64,000 bases of DNA from the human T2T-CHM13v2.0 reference genome, Homo sapiens. The stretch is taken from assembly GCF_009914755.1 (NCBI RefSeq), contig NC_060925.1, one strand, 5' to 3'. A program made the translations under genes and the position numbers. The notes below the pieces were generated by a model that was not told the DNA's origin, did not search any database, and worked only from the letters and a program-made list of their open reading frames with translations. Positions within the stretch are counted from its first letter, which is position 1. Each line of letters starts with the position of its first letter. Positions 62,929 to 64,000 of the stretch are shown one piece after another.

Positions 62929-64000
62929 CTTCCACTCTTCCTGCCCCTTTCCAAAGGCAGAGGAGCCTCCCATGGCCACCATTGCCACAGGCCCACGAGG
63001 AGTACCGCCAGACTACCATTTAAGGCCCAAGGCCTCTCCAGTCAGCTTGTGGTGAATGCTGCCCAGCTTGCGACTCACCCTTCAGGGCAGTGCACTCCCC
63101 AGTGGCCCAGGGCAGGTCTAGAAAAGCCATCCAAGAGCCAAGTCCTGGAATAAAGGACCCCAAGAGGTCACTTGGTGCTCTAGACCCTGTGGCTGAGCTG
63201 GTACCTAAGGTGCAAGACAAAGTCCCCTTTGCTTTTACTTTCACTTTTCTCAAGTGGAAGGCATCTTGCCCCATAGCCACCACAGCTGGGAATGTCCTGA
63301 GACTCACCTTAAGCCAGCAAGTTTCAGAGTCTCACCCAAGGTTCTCAATGTAGTACATGAGTATCACTGCTGGTTATTCAGGGCCCCCAGTGCTCTTCAG
63401 CTAGCAGGCAATGAATCCTGTCAGGACTAGTTTCTTCCCTTCAAAGGCAGCAGGTTCCTTTCTGGCCCAAGGTGTGTCAAGAAATGTAGTACAGGGAGCT
63501 AGGGCCTGGAAAGGGGGCTTCATGACTCTGACTGGTGCCCTATCCTGGTGTGGCTGAGCTGGTATCCAAGATGCAAGACAAACTCATCCCCACTCTTCCC
63601 TCTCCTCTCCTCGAGCAAAGGGACGGGGTCTCTTTTGGAGCCATAAGCTGAACTGCCTGGGGTTAAGGGAAGGGTGATGCCATCACTCCCTCAGCTACCC
63701 CAGCTGGTGTCTCAGTAGGTCACATGTCTCCCCACAGTCCACTGTCTCTGGGCCCAGTTCAGCATTAGGACTTGCCTAGGAGTTGCAGTCCTTGCGGCCT
63801 AGACTGCCTTTCGAGTTTATTTAAGGCCCCAGAGCACTTTAGCCCACAGAGGGGAGGCTTGCTGGAACTCAAGTTTGGACTGCTGGGACTGGCAATTCCT
63901 CTTTGGCTAGGGCTGGTTTAAATGCTCCCTCTATGGGGAGGTGTCAGCTGAGTTTGGTCTGGTTTTGTTTTCTGTTATAATAGGGCAGCACTGAGTTTAA

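Overview
Primate (human-like) genomic DNA containing the 3' part of ZSWIM5 on the minus strand. I traced 12 coding exons by hand. All have GT-AG junctions with consistent phases and total 2606 nt. They are probably exons 3-14; the numbering is from memory of a 14-exon gene. One of them (43668-43816) is missing from the ORF track. The ~2 kb 3'UTR ends near an AATAAA at the left edge of the window. The introns are dense in repeats: more than 50 Alus, old L1M and L2 remnants, MER2, MER5A and a short young L1PA. The large upstream intron holds a processed OSTC pseudogene with a 15-bp target-site duplication and a single nonsense change. It also holds a ~9 kb L1MA-type element carrying a MER11 solo LTR and an LTR7 (HERV-H) solo LTR. 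Most ORFs in the track are Alu, L1 or low-complexity artefacts. I do not see a convincing undescribed biological system. The best leads are regulatory or evolutionary: a motif-dense UG-rich 3'UTR block, a possible stop-free exon 3-4 circRNA, sense-strand intronic polyA signals, an antisense LTR7 promoter, and codons paralogous to ZSWIM6 disease hotspots. Repeat subfamily names and repeat boundaries are by eye and approximate.
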